From an uncultured Nitrospiraceae bacterium (lineage in GTDB: Bacteria; Nitrospirota; Nitrospiria; Nitrospirales; Nitrospiraceae): a DNA stretch of 64,000 nucleotides. The DNA is taken from the NCBI GenBank assembly GCA_963846575.1, contig CAWJWJ010000001.1, positions 480,001 to 544,000 of the forward strand. The letters run 5' to 3'. A program made the position numbers and the translations under genes. Under the pieces are notes generated by a model that searched no databases, was not told the origin of the DNA, and worked only from the letters and a program-made list of their open reading frames with translations. This document shows, piece after piece, positions 48,326 through 58,189 of the stretch (positions are counted from its first letter, which is position 1; every line of letters begins with the position of its first letter).

Positions 48326-50500
48326 TCACCATCTCCCGACGGGAGCCACGCAGCGAAATCCGATCGTCGCACATCGATCCAAACCCGGCCACATGAGCAA
48401 AAATTTTGCAGCGAAATCGGTCGGCTGAGGCCCACCGTCCATGTACCAGTGAGAGCCTTCGGCACGGTAGTAGGACCCTCCCCGAATCATGCAGAATCGT
48501 GTGCGCCCATCCGTCCGTTCGCTCTCGGTCCATTCCCAGACGTTCCCGCACATGTCGTAACACCCGAATGGCGAACGGCCTTGAGGGAACGAGGTGACGC
48601 TCGTCGTCATTCCGGTTTCCCCGCCATTACATCGCCCGGGAAGCATGGCATCACCCCAAGGGTACTTCCACGCCTCCGGTCCCTGCGCGGCATATTGCCA
48701 CTGCTCCTCAGTGGGAAGCACCTTGCCGGCCCAGGCTGCATAGGCGCGTGCGTCATCGAGGTCCACGTACACGACCGGATGATCCGCCATTTCCAGAGGT
48801 GGTGTTCGGTCAGTCCAATGTTTAAGAAAATTATGGGCATGGAGAGGCCGATACGAGGTGGCACGAAGGAACTCGGCAAATTGCGTATTGGTCACCGGCG
48901 TCAAATCGACGGCATACCGCTCGAGGGTAGCTGTACGTTCAAATCTCTTCGGCTGGTGAAAGTTGGCATACAGTTCTTCACGATTGATTTCATTTGCATA
49001 AAACCCGCATTCCCGGGTTCTCACCTGCACCAGGATCTTCACGGTCGCAGGCGGAATGACGACCATCCCCGCAGGAGGCATCCGGACCGCCTCAGCCACG
49101 TTCCAGCCAGAATCCCGCAACCGGACCGGACGTGAAGGGACGTCTGTGCTGTCCTCAGGCCTGACGGAGAGACTCTCTTGCACACTGAGAAAGCTGTGGA
49201 GGTCCGCACCCAAAGCAGCCGGCGGTCCCGCCACAATTCCGGCGAGGCCTCGCGGAGGGATTCCCCCCTGGAGTGCCACCCTGCCGCCTTGAACCGGCGG
49301 AAATATCTTCCTTCCTGCGAACAGATCCACATACTGTTCACCCTCGGCAGCAGCTACCTTCAAGAGCACGCCCGATATGGGGCGCTCCGAGCGATTCACC
49401 AACGTCCAGAGCCTGACACCCGATTCTTCCCACAGGGTGGCGTACACATCCTCGACCTCCGTCGGCACGAGTGGCGTCCAACCCTCTCCTGAAAACAGCG
49501 TGGCAAAGCGACGCTGGATAGAGACCATCGCTCGCAGCACGGCCCGGTCCCTCTCCGACCACCCCACCCAGGACCCAAACACATTTTCCCAGACGACCAT
49601 TCCGCTGCCGTTCATCCAGGCTGTTTGCAGCTGAGGTATGTGATCGCGATTCCATCGAGCCGTCTGGTGCATCATATGACGCCGCTCATACCACTTGTCC
49701 CGCAGTATGCCGGGCACCCGACTGTCCTCGAAGTGTTGCGCCCAGGACATATGATGATCCGGAAGATAGGCGAGCGGCAGGTCCCCCTCACCCTCAAGGA
49801 CAAGCCCTGGTCGAACACGATCCAACGCCCGGCGCAACCCGTCCGGCGCCAAAGGCATCGTGTCGAGATACACGCCGTCGGCCTCCGTGGCATTAACGAG
49901 GTCGGCCAGCGCGTCGACATCGGACACACGTTCTCGCCTCGTCCCCAGGTCCCACGGTTTGTACACAATCAATGCGCGTACTCCCTGTTGATGACAGCGT
50001 CGCACGACCTCCCTGACACCATCCAGCCCGCCAGGCATGTCCCGATAGAAGTCGAACTGATTTCGATCGTCGGCTCCGATCCGCGGGTACGCATGCCACA
50101 GGATCACGTTGTCAAAACCACCAAACTTCATGTGGGCCTGTTTCAGGAATTCTTCCACCGTGAACTGCCCTGTTTCCGGATCGAAAAACTCGGCGTCACA
50201 CAACATGACGAAACAACTGGTAAAACTCGACCGCGCCCAGGCCGTCGATTCGTCGCGATACCGAACGTCGTCATAGCGCGAGGACACACGGGCCTGATTG
50301 CGCCACTCCGCCAGGCGCTGCCGGAAAAGTGGCCATGACTCAGGCGAATGGGGTGCGTGGATCAACGGCTTGCTGAAATCCCACGGCTCTATGGGTGTGT
50401 GGGCTGCCAGCCTGCAGGGAGCACCGGCAGAGAGCCAGGCCCCGAGTCCGAACAGAAGCCTGAGGAGTTGTCGACGTGTCATCGGCAGCCGAGCATGCAT
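48326..50500 (-). CDS. Tat-exported protein: glycoside-hydrolase-like barrel plus C-terminal FGE/SUMF1 domain
   Basis: TRRQLL twin-arginine signal; GVYLDT; HPVVYV, LPTEEQWQYAA, DMCGNVWEW, IGFRC. Confidence 0.85.
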   Translation of the reverse strand: MHARLPMTRRQLLRLLFGLGAWLSAGAPCRLAAHTPIEPWDFSKPLIHAPHSPESWPLFRQRLAEWRNQARVSSRYDDVRYRDESTAWARSSFTSCFVMLCDAEFFDPETGQFTVEEFLKQAHMKFGGFDNVILWHAYPRIGADDRNQFDFYRDMPGGLDGVREVVRRCHQQGVRALIVYKPWDLGTRRERVSDVDALADLVNATEADGVYLDTMPLAPDGLRRALDRVRPGLVLEGEGDLPLAYLPDHHMSWAQHFEDSRVPGILRDKWYERRHMMHQTARWNRDHIPQLQTAWMNGSGMVVWENVFGSWVGWSERDRAVLRAMVSIQRRFATLFSGEGWTPLVPTEVEDVYATLWEESGVRLWTLVNRSERPISGVLLKVAAAEGEQYVDLFAGRKIFPPVQGGRVALQGGIPPRGLAGIVAGPPAALGADLHSFLSVQESLSVRPEDSTDVPSRPVRLRDSGWNVAEAVRMPPAGMVVIPPATVKILVQVRTRECGFYANEINREELYANFHQPKRFERTATLERYAVDLTPVTNTQFAEFLRATSYRPLHAHNFLKHWTDRTPPLEMADHPVVYVDLDDARAYAAWAGKVLPTEEQWQYAAQGPEAWKYPWGDAMLPGRCNGGETGMTTSVTSFPQGRSPFGCYDMCGNVWEWTESERTDGRTRFCMIRGGSYYRAEGSHWYMDGGPQPTDFAAKFLLMWPGLDRCATIGFRCVAPVGRW

Positions 50501-50660
50501 GGGCGACCATTTATTCAGTCGCCGATGTTCACGGAAGTTCTACGCGTGAGGCCGGACCGTTTTCAAGCCACGAGAACGCGCTCGGGCGACACGCCCGTGC
50601 GGCAATACAGAGAAGCGGCGATGACGCCCTTGAGACAATGGCAGAGAAGAAATTGCGGAA

Positions 50661-51683
50661 CTACACTTGGTAATAATCCCGATACCACTCGACGAACCGC
50701 GCGATGCCGGTCTCAATCGTGGTGGCGGGTTTGAAGCCGGTGTCGCGCATCAGGTCCGCCACATCGGCATAGGTGGCCGGCACGTCCCCGGCCTGCAGCG
50801 GGAGGAAGTTTTTTTCCGCCTTCTTGCCGAGGGTGTGTTCCAGCACCTCGATGAAACGCAACAGCTCAACCGGTTGGTGGTTACCGATATTGTACAGACG
50901 GTAGGGGGCGGAACTGCCGCCGGGATCGGGGTTGTCGCTGGACCACTGCGGGTCGGGCTGCGCCGGCCGATCGAGCGTTCTCAGCACTCCCTCGACGATG
51001 TCATCGACGTAGGTAAAGTCGCGCTGCATCTTGCCGTGATTGAAGACGTCGATCGGTTTTCCTTCCAAGATCGCCTTGGTAAACAGAAACAGAGCCATGT
51101 CGGGACGGCCCCAGGGACCATAGACGGTAAAAAACCGCAGGCCTGTGATCGGGAACCGGTACAGGTGGGCGTAACAATGCGCCATGAGCTCGTTCGCCTT
51201 TTTCGTCGCGGCGTAGAGTGACACGGGATGATCAACATTATCGTGCACCGAGAACGGCATATGCGTATGGCCTCCATACACCGAGCTGGTGGAGGCATAT
51301 ACGAGGTGGTCGGCATGATGGTGGCGGCAGCCTTCGAGGACGTTGAGAAATCCATCGATGTTGCTCGCGGTGTAGGCATGGGGATTGACCAGCGAATACC
51401 GGACACCCGCCTGGGCCGCCAGATGGACGACGCGTCGAATGGGCTGTTGGGCGAAGAGCGCGGCCATTCCGGCACGATCCGACAGGTCCAGTTTGGTGAA
51501 TCGAAACTGGGGGTGCGGCAGGAGTTTCTCCAACCGTGCCTCTTTCAGGCGAACATCGTAGTAGTCATTAAGATTGTCCAACCCGAGCACGGAGTCGCCG
51601 CGATCGAGCAGACGCTTGGCGACATGAGACCCGATGAAGCCGGCCGCGCCGGTAACGAGTACGAGATCCTTGGTAGCGCCCAT
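50661..51683 (-). CDS. NAD-dependent epimerase, UDP-glucuronate 4-epimerase type
   Basis: [36 protein letters not shown]. Confidence 0.95.
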   Translation of the reverse strand: MGATKDLVLVTGAAGFIGSHVAKRLLDRGDSVLGLDNLNDYYDVRLKEARLEKLLPHPQFRFTKLDLSDRAGMAALFAQQPIRRVVHLAAQAGVRYSLVNPHAYTASNIDGFLNVLEGCRHHHADHLVYASTSSVYGGHTHMPFSVHDNVDHPVSLYAATKKANELMAHCYAHLYRFPITGLRFFTVYGPWGRPDMALFLFTKAILEGKPIDVFNHGKMQRDFTYVDDIVEGVLRTLDRPAQPDPQWSSDNPDPGGSSAPYRLYNIGNHQPVELLRFIEVLEHTLGKKAEKNFLPLQAGDVPATYADVADLMRDTGFKPATTIETGIARFVEWYRDYYQV

Positions 51684-51725
51684 ATCGTCTTGTGTCCCTT
51701 CCCAGTCCGGTTACGTTCACACAGG

Positions 51726-53351
51726 TTACGCGCGGCCGCCCCGCTTCATGAACGGCGGATCGCCGTGATCAAGCCGATAGAGCGACAACGGAGTGAGGGC
51801 ATCGGTGGCGGGCGAGACCTGCATAGTCCCTTCGCCGGCATCTCGAAAAACATCCAGCGCCCGAGCGCGATGATACCGGCAATTATGCCGGATCAGAAGA
51901 TCTTTTAATTTTTCCGGTGGTTCCCAATTGGCGGTGAGGAGCGCCGTACGTGCCGGATTACGCTGACTGAACATGAACGACAGATGATCGGGATACCAGT
52001 CGGCTCCGCCGGTAGCATAGGACACAAACAGGCGCGCCTGGGCGGCGCCACAGAGTTCGTCCAGATAACCATTCGTCAGGTATCCGTTCTCGCCTACATC
52101 CAGCCAGGACCCCGGATGGGAAAGGGGGGCATGGGCCGCGTAACTGCGGATCTCCTGCAGTTGCTGCTGCGAGGCCAGCAGCAAGCCGATGGGTCCGTAT
52201 TTCTCCACCAGCTGTTGAATCACGCCCTCTTTGATAGCCGACCGGCCACTGTTGGTGGGCCCGCTGTCGGCATGGACCAGGACATTCTGGCCCCGATCGG
52301 TGACGAGATAACAGTTTCTCGGCATCTCCAAATCGCAGGGATCTTCACCGAAGAACGGAACCGAGACCACGGCACCCCCCTCGAACGTCCAGGTCTCGCC
52401 GTGCGCCAGCTCGATAATGTTGGCAAATCCTAATTCTTTGAGGAGGTGAATGTAATCGTAGAAGTACTTCTTCCGATTCCTCCGGCTGGGAATCACGATC
52501 GGCACGTCCTTCGGCACATGCAGTAATGTCCGAGGATCCACATGATCATCGTGGTCATGTGTCAGAAATATGGCCGCTGGTTTGGGCAGCGACGAGACCC
52601 ACAGGCTCGGGACGTTCGACTCGGCAAACCAGGGCAAGAGCCACGGGTCGAACCACAAAAAATTGTCCCGCTGCCGATACATCAAGGCGGCATGGCCGAG
52701 ATGAATCGTATCTCGATCCCTCGTGCTCAACAGCCACTGTTGCCGTATCGAGGACTGTGTCGTCGGCGTCAGGCATTCGTACTGTACCAACAGTTCCATC
52801 AGTTTCGAGAGGAGACGTTCGCCGTCCCGGCCCGCCGTCGTCACGATCGTCTGAATGGCTCCGGCTTGATGCGTGCCGTCCAGCAGCCCGAGCAACTTCC
52901 CCGCAATCGGTCCCATCGGACGGTCAAACGGGACGGGAATCGCCTGGCGTTTGAGGGCATGAAAGATGCGCAACCCCGTGTTGACCACCGTCGCCGATTT
53001 GGTCGCATCGAACGGGTGGGACCAGTGAAACTGGCCATCCGCCTGACGCCGCGCCGTGATGTGTTGACTTAATTGCTGTCGGGAATTGACCAGTTCGGCG
53101 TAGGCGTCCTCCAACAGCACCTTCACGTGCGGATCACCCAGCGTCGCGCGGCGTGAGAAGACATCGCTCATCGCCGTTTCCACACAGGCGAGAAACAGGC
53201 TGTGAGCTTCGTGCAGGCTGGCCACGACCTCCGAAGCCACACCACCGATGAACGGGAACGGTCCCGGCGGTTGGTTGCTTTCGAGTTGCACCCAGACCCA
53301 GGGTGCTAACCCCACATATTGATCACGCGGCAATGTGTCCCAAATTCCCAT
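51726..53351 (-). CDS. Metallo-beta-lactamase-fold protein, CmlA-like
   Basis: GHA, DPW, THDHDDH, PFFGE, HADS; extra N-terminal domain. Confidence 0.85.
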   Translation of the reverse strand: MGIWDTLPRDQYVGLAPWVWVQLESNQPPGPFPFIGGVASEVVASLHEAHSLFLACVETAMSDVFSRRATLGDPHVKVLLEDAYAELVNSRQQLSQHITARRQADGQFHWSHPFDATKSATVVNTGLRIFHALKRQAIPVPFDRPMGPIAGKLLGLLDGTHQAGAIQTIVTTAGRDGERLLSKLMELLVQYECLTPTTQSSIRQQWLLSTRDRDTIHLGHAALMYRQRDNFLWFDPWLLPWFAESNVPSLWVSSLPKPAAIFLTHDHDDHVDPRTLLHVPKDVPIVIPSRRNRKKYFYDYIHLLKELGFANIIELAHGETWTFEGGAVVSVPFFGEDPCDLEMPRNCYLVTDRGQNVLVHADSGPTNSGRSAIKEGVIQQLVEKYGPIGLLLASQQQLQEIRSYAAHAPLSHPGSWLDVGENGYLTNGYLDELCGAAQARLFVSYATGGADWYPDHLSFMFSQRNPARTALLTANWEPPEKLKDLLIRHNCRYHRARALDVFRDAGEGTMQVSPATDALTPLSLYRLDHGDPPFMKRGGRA

Positions 53352-53375
53352 GATCCCGTGGCGCGAACGGCTCGC

Positions 53376-53795
53376 TTATCCTTTGGACTCCATCCGGCTG
53401 AGTGTCGGCTCGTACAAGGCCTGGATCAGATTGCCGTCCGGATCGGTGAAATAGAACGAATAACTGCCGTCGCGATGTTGCTTGGGTGGTTTGGCGATGG
53501 TGGAGCCATATTGAGCCGCCTCGGCCCCTACATCGCGGAACAGCTGGTCCACATGCGCCGGGCTTTGGAGAATCACCCCAAAGTGGTCGAGCAATTGGCC
53601 GCGCGGTGGCTGGTACTGAACGAGGTCCTGCGAGGCGATCTGGTGTAGCGCCAGATTGTCGCTCCCCGAACTGAAATAGACATTTTCCGCATCCGGCTCC
53701 CACACGACCTTCATCGCGAGGAACCGCTCATAGAATGCGCGGGACCTGGCAAGATCGGTCACGCGAAGAGCTAAATGTCGTAAGCCGAGATGCAT
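53376..53795 (-). CDS. VOC/glyoxalase family protein
   Basis: HLALRVTDL, LDHFG, FYFTDPDGN. Confidence 0.92.
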   Translation of the reverse strand: MHLGLRHLALRVTDLARSRAFYERFLAMKVVWEPDAENVYFSSGSDNLALHQIASQDLVQYQPPRGQLLDHFGVILQSPAHVDQLFRDVGAEAAQYGSTIAKPPKQHRDGSYSFYFTDPDGNLIQALYEPTLSRMESKG

Positions 53796-53941
53796 GGATA
53801 GACAGCCTTCTCCTGAACCGTATAGTAGTGGGGGCCTCTCACCCCGTCAATCCTCATTCTCCTTCGTTACCGTGTTTCTGGCACACACCCCTGTGGTACG
53901 ATCTCCCTATCGATCTTCTCGAACCAAAGGAGTTGGGAGTT

Positions 53942-54781
53942 ATGTGGGCACGATCCATCTTGGCGGTAGTGATGGCTTTCGCCGGACTGAACGGCGCGGT
54001 TTCGCAAGCAGGCACGGAGGAGCGCGCGACGCACCCCAAAGAGATCACGGGACAGGACGGCGCGCCATTGGTGTTGATTCCGGTCGGCTCCTACCCCATG
54101 GGCGTTCCCCTCGGAGACCGAGACGGCGGACGCGACGAATATCCTCGGCACGTCATCGAAATCACCGACTTTTACATCGACAAGTATGAAGTGACCAATG
54201 GGCGGTATTTGGCATTCGTGAAGGCGACGAACCATCGGGTCCCGCAGAACCCCAAGAATCCGACCCGCAATCTGTGGGAGGGGATCGGCATTCCGGACAC
54301 GCTGGCCGACCGTCCCGTGATCAACGTCGATTGGGCGGATGCCGACGCCTACTGCAAGTGGGCCGGCAGACGATTACCTCGGGAAGCGGAATGGGAAAAG
54401 GCGGCGAAAGGCAACAATGACTGGCGGTTCCCCTGGGGCAATGTGGAGCCCACGGACAAGCATCTCAACTTCAATCAGAAATGGATCGGGATAAAGACGT
54501 TGATGCCGGTGGGAAGTTATGAACGCGGAAAGAGTCCCTATGGCGTGTATGACATGGCCGGCAACGTCTGGGAATGGGTCAACGACTGGTACGATGCTAA
54601 ATATTATGAAAAGAGCCCGGAGAAGAACCCTCCCGGACCCGAGAACGGCACGAAGAAAGTCATTCGGGGAGCCGGCTGGCAGAACGAGACTCCCACGGTG
54701 CGGATCTTCACCCGCGTCGACAGCGACCCGACCATCAGAAATGAATCAACCGGCTTTCGATGCGCGATGGATGCGAAGTAG
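53942..54781 (+). CDS. Exported FGE/SUMF1-fold protein
   Basis: Signal peptide; DEYP, YEVTN, RLPREAEWEKAA, DMAGNVWEW, GFRC. Confidence 0.92.
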   Translation: MWARSILAVVMAFAGLNGAVSQAGTEERATHPKEITGQDGAPLVLIPVGSYPMGVPLGDRDGGRDEYPRHVIEITDFYIDKYEVTNGRYLAFVKATNHRVPQNPKNPTRNLWEGIGIPDTLADRPVINVDWADADAYCKWAGRRLPREAEWEKAAKGNNDWRFPWGNVEPTDKHLNFNQKWIGIKTLMPVGSYERGKSPYGVYDMAGNVWEWVNDWYDAKYYEKSPEKNPPGPENGTKKVIRGAGWQNETPTVRIFTRVDSDPTIRNESTGFRCAMDAK

Positions 54782-54823
54782 CACATCACCGGCGCAAGGG
54801 ATGTTGGTTCAAGAGCACACAGC

Positions 54824-55666
54824 ATGACCAACTCAGGGTTCCATGACATGACGGTCGCCGCATTTGAATCCCGCATGGCGGCGGAGATGACGCGACTGAT
54901 CGAACGCCAGGGTGGAAGGCCCCTCGTGGCGCCGGCACTGCGCGAGGTTCCGCTGGCGGACAATTCTCCTGCCCTCCGGTTCGGCGAGCGACTGCTCACC
55001 GAAGGCATTGATGTCCTGATCCTCCTGACAGGGGTGGGCACCACAACCCTCTTTCATACCCTCTATAGCCGCCACTCCAAAGACACGATCGCGAGCGCCC
55101 TCCGAAACACGGTATTGGTGGCGCGTGGCCCGAAACCGGTCGCCGCGCTCAAGGCGCTGGGGCTTCCACCGACGTTGACGGTTCCCGAACCGAATACCTG
55201 GATCGATGTGGTCTCCACCCTGGACGGGCATCGTCCCATCAAGGCACTGCGCGTGGCGGTGCAAGAATACGGGCAGTCGAATCCCGATCTGCTGGACGCG
55301 CTGACACAACGCGGAGCGGAGGTCGTCCCGGTGCCGGTTTATCGCTGGGCACTCCCGGAAGATACGACTCCCTTACAGCACGTGCTGGACGAGATACTGG
55401 CAGGGCATGTCCAAGTCATGCTCGTTACCAATGCCGCCCAGATCGATCATGTGATGCAACTCTTGGATCGGCGGGGAAAGACGGCGCAGTTCGGGGCAGT
55501 CTGCAAGAGGCTGGTGGTGGCGTCCATCGGCCCGACCGCCAGCGAGCGCCTCCGCAGTCACGGTCTGCCGGTGGATCTGGAGCCCGCGCACGGCAAAATG
55601 GGCATCCTGGTAAAAGAAACTGCCGCGCAGGCGCGATCTCTCCTGAGCAGCAAACAGCCTGGCTGA
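54824..55666 (+). CDS. hemD: Uroporphyrinogen-III synthase
   Basis: FESR, LTGVG, ARGPKP, VQEYG, VYRW, SIGP. Confidence 0.88.
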   Translation: MTNSGFHDMTVAAFESRMAAEMTRLIERQGGRPLVAPALREVPLADNSPALRFGERLLTEGIDVLILLTGVGTTTLFHTLYSRHSKDTIASALRNTVLVARGPKPVAALKALGLPPTLTVPEPNTWIDVVSTLDGHRPIKALRVAVQEYGQSNPDLLDALTQRGAEVVPVPVYRWALPEDTTPLQHVLDEILAGHVQVMLVTNAAQIDHVMQLLDRRGKTAQFGAVCKRLVVASIGPTASERLRSHGLPVDLEPAHGKMGILVKETAAQARSLLSSKQPG

Positions 55667-55676
55667 CGCAGGGTCG

Positions 55677-56609
55677 TCAGTTCTTGTCGGTGGGCGGCAC
55701 CTCCGCTCCTTCGTGGACGTCCCGCGCACATCGAAAACCCATCCAATTCATTTTGGTATTCGGATCTGTCCCGTTACGCTGCGCCACGCGCACACTGGGA
55801 GTGCTGTCGATCCAGCCGCCGCCGCGGAAACTTCTCTGCGTTCCGGTCTCCGGACCTTTGGGGTTCCTGTCCGGGCCCGTCAGATAATATTTCGGGTCGA
55901 ACCAATCGGCAACCCATTCAGCCACATTCCCCGCCATCTGGAGCACTCCGTATGGACTGGCCGCATTGTCATACTTGTCGACCGAGATGATCGGCGGATA
56001 AAGCAGCAGCCGCTCCGGGCGATCCCGCACCGGTCCTGACAGACCCGTCCGGCCAAAATTGGCCCGCGAGAGACCGGCCATTTGATTGCCCCAGGGATAG
56101 ATGCGTCCATCCTGGCCGCGCGCCGCCTTTTCCCATTCGGCCTCCGTCGGCAGCCGTTTGCCCGCCCACTTGCAGTAGGCCTCCGCGTCGAACCAGGAGA
56201 CATGCATGACCGGATGGCTGACCATGGTGTCCTGAAAATTGCCGCCGTCATACTGCCAATCAATCAGGGGGGCGCGATCCGAGGCCAGGACGAATTTCAA
56301 GAACTGCACGGTCGTTACTTCGTGTTTGTCGATCTCGTAGGCATCCAGATAGACCTTCCGCTGTGGGATTTCGGCCAGATAGGAATTCCTATCGACCTTT
56401 TTATCGCTCCCCATGAGAAACTCGCCCGCCGGAATGCGAATCATCTCGTCATGCGCCGGCAGCTTAGTCCGTTCCGCCGCCAGCTTTTTCCCTTCCGAAG
56501 TCCATTCGCGAGTCACATCGGCAACATCCAGCGCGTAGAGGCCGCCACTCAGCCCCAGGACGCCCGCAACCACGGCCCATGCAGTCAACCCTGCCTTTTG
56601 CACGATCAC
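55677..56609 (-). CDS. Exported FGE/SUMF1-fold protein
   Basis: GEFLMG, HEVT, RLPTEAEWEKAARG, MAGNVAEW, GFRCA; AGGAGG before GTG 56609/56603. Confidence 0.92.
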   Translation of the reverse strand: MIVQKAGLTAWAVVAGVLGLSGGLYALDVADVTREWTSEGKKLAAERTKLPAHDEMIRIPAGEFLMGSDKKVDRNSYLAEIPQRKVYLDAYEIDKHEVTTVQFLKFVLASDRAPLIDWQYDGGNFQDTMVSHPVMHVSWFDAEAYCKWAGKRLPTEAEWEKAARGQDGRIYPWGNQMAGLSRANFGRTGLSGPVRDRPERLLLYPPIISVDKYDNAASPYGVLQMAGNVAEWVADWFDPKYYLTGPDRNPKGPETGTQRSFRGGGWIDSTPSVRVAQRNGTDPNTKMNWMGFRCARDVHEGAEVPPTDKN

Positions 56610-56634
56610 TATCCTCCTTGTCGCGGCCCTGCCT

Positions 56635-57231
56635 TTACATTGGGGGCTGCACCGGGGCCGGTGCAGCCGGTGCCTGATCGAATTCTTCCAGCGGTTCAAA
56701 ATTTAATGGGAGCTGAAACAGGTAATCGATCACCGGGCGTAATTTGACATGCTGATACTCGACAATCCAACTCCCATCCTTCCTCGCCAGCTTCATGGGG
56801 AATCGTATATCGGTCGCGAGCCATTGGTAATAGACTTCCGTTCGTTCACCCTGCTTGACCGTCACTTCATAGAGGGTCGTCGGATGCCCCTCTCTTGTTT
56901 CTTTCCCGATTTCTTCGCGCGAGACTTCGCCATCCAGCCGCTCCGACACCTGCAACTCCTGCTCCGGACTGTAGGGCATCGTTTTGAAATGTTTCATCCG
57001 CGACAACAGTAACCAGACCAGGTTCTTATCTTTCCGTACGATACTGACGTTCACCGGCCCCATCGAATGGTGCTCGATCCGCCACATGTTGTCGCGATAA
57101 TAGATGTTGGACTTGTGGGTTCGCCCGTTGATTTTGGTGACCTGATCGGCTGTGAACTCCAACGCTCCGCCCTCGGCTGCGCCGAAGAGCCAGAGAGCTG
57201 CCGCCAACCCCATCACCCTACTCAACCACAT
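56635..57231 (-). CDS. Exported DUF4412-like protein
   Basis: Signal peptide; EFTAD, IVRKDK, GKETREG, FPMK, LFQLP. Confidence 0.75.
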   Translation of the reverse strand: MWLSRVMGLAAALWLFGAAEGGALEFTADQVTKINGRTHKSNIYYRDNMWRIEHHSMGPVNVSIVRKDKNLVWLLLSRMKHFKTMPYSPEQELQVSERLDGEVSREEIGKETREGHPTTLYEVTVKQGERTEVYYQWLATDIRFPMKLARKDGSWIVEYQHVKLRPVIDYLFQLPLNFEPLEEFDQAPAAPAPVQPPM

Positions 57232-57575
57232 CCCACTTATCCTACCGACACGGAACCTCGATTTTCCAGCGCTCTCGCGATGCACGAATAGATCCCCCTC
57301 TGTTGCTGCCGCGAATCATGCTCACGGTTACCGTCCCCGGCGACCCCGCAGGCACACAGGGGGGACCACGCGATCCCTCCGCGTGATCGACAACCGGGCG
57401 GGACGCGGGAATGTCATTCCTCGATCAACGATCTGTGGAAGTAGGTGAGACCGGCATCCGCAGTGGAGGCGGCCTGTTTCCTTATCCTCCGAGAAGCCGC
57501 CTGTTGCACCCTCGCGATCAAGACTGCCCGGCAGAACCCGGCAGGTGGATGGTCGTGGGCGCGGGAGGTCTTGCC

Positions 57576-58187
57576 TTACGATTTCGCCTTAATACATTCG
57601 ATGTCCAACTTGATGAGGACGTCGTCTCCGACGATCAGTCCGCCGTTATCCAGCGCCTTGTTCCAGACCATGCCGAAGTCTTTCCGGTCGACCTTGCCCT
57701 CGGCCGTAAAACCCGCGCGGGTATTGCCATAGGGGTCCTTGGTCACGCCGTTGAGGCGACCGACCAACGTCACTTCTTTCGTCACGCCGCGCAAGGTCAG
57801 GTCGCCCACCGCGAGATAACCCTCGCCGTCCTTCCTGTAGCTTTTCATTTTGTACGTCATGGTCGGATGCTTTTCGACGTCAAAGAAATCAGGGCCACGC
57901 AGATGCGCGTCGCGCTTTTCCTGATTGGTGTTCACCGAAGCCGTCTTAATCGTCGCTTCTATCGTCTTCACCGTCCCGGCTTCGGGATCCATTTCGATGA
58001 AGCCGGTGTAGTCTTTGAAGTGTCCCGTGGTGTTGGAGATCACCATGTGGGAGACCTTGAACTCCACGATCGAATGATCCGGGTCCACATTGTACCGAGC
58101 CGTCTCCGCATGCCCGAAGACTGCACTTAACAACACACTCGCACTCAGACATAGCATGGCCCCGACAGGACCGCTCCGATACTTCAT
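57576..58187 (-). CDS. YceI-family periplasmic protein
   Basis: VDPDHS..F.VSH, RDAHLR..DFFD, GDLTLRGVTK, RKDFG. Confidence 0.96.
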   Translation of the reverse strand: MKYRSGPVGAMLCLSASVLLSAVFGHAETARYNVDPDHSIVEFKVSHMVISNTTGHFKDYTGFIEMDPEAGTVKTIEATIKTASVNTNQEKRDAHLRGPDFFDVEKHPTMTYKMKSYRKDGEGYLAVGDLTLRGVTKEVTLVGRLNGVTKDPYGNTRAGFTAEGKVDRKDFGMVWNKALDNGGLIVGDDVLIKLDIECIKAKS

Positions 58188-58189
58188 AA

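Noticed and set aside
48326..56609. Diversity-generating retroelement targeting the three FGE/C-type-lectin-fold genes
   Set aside because: No reverse transcriptase and no near-duplicate template repeat visible by eye in the window; a remote DGR is not excluded
57286..57575. Several GC-rich inverted repeats between yceI and the DUF4412-like gene
   Set aside because: Short, imperfect and expected by chance at this GC content; no riboswitch consensus recognised
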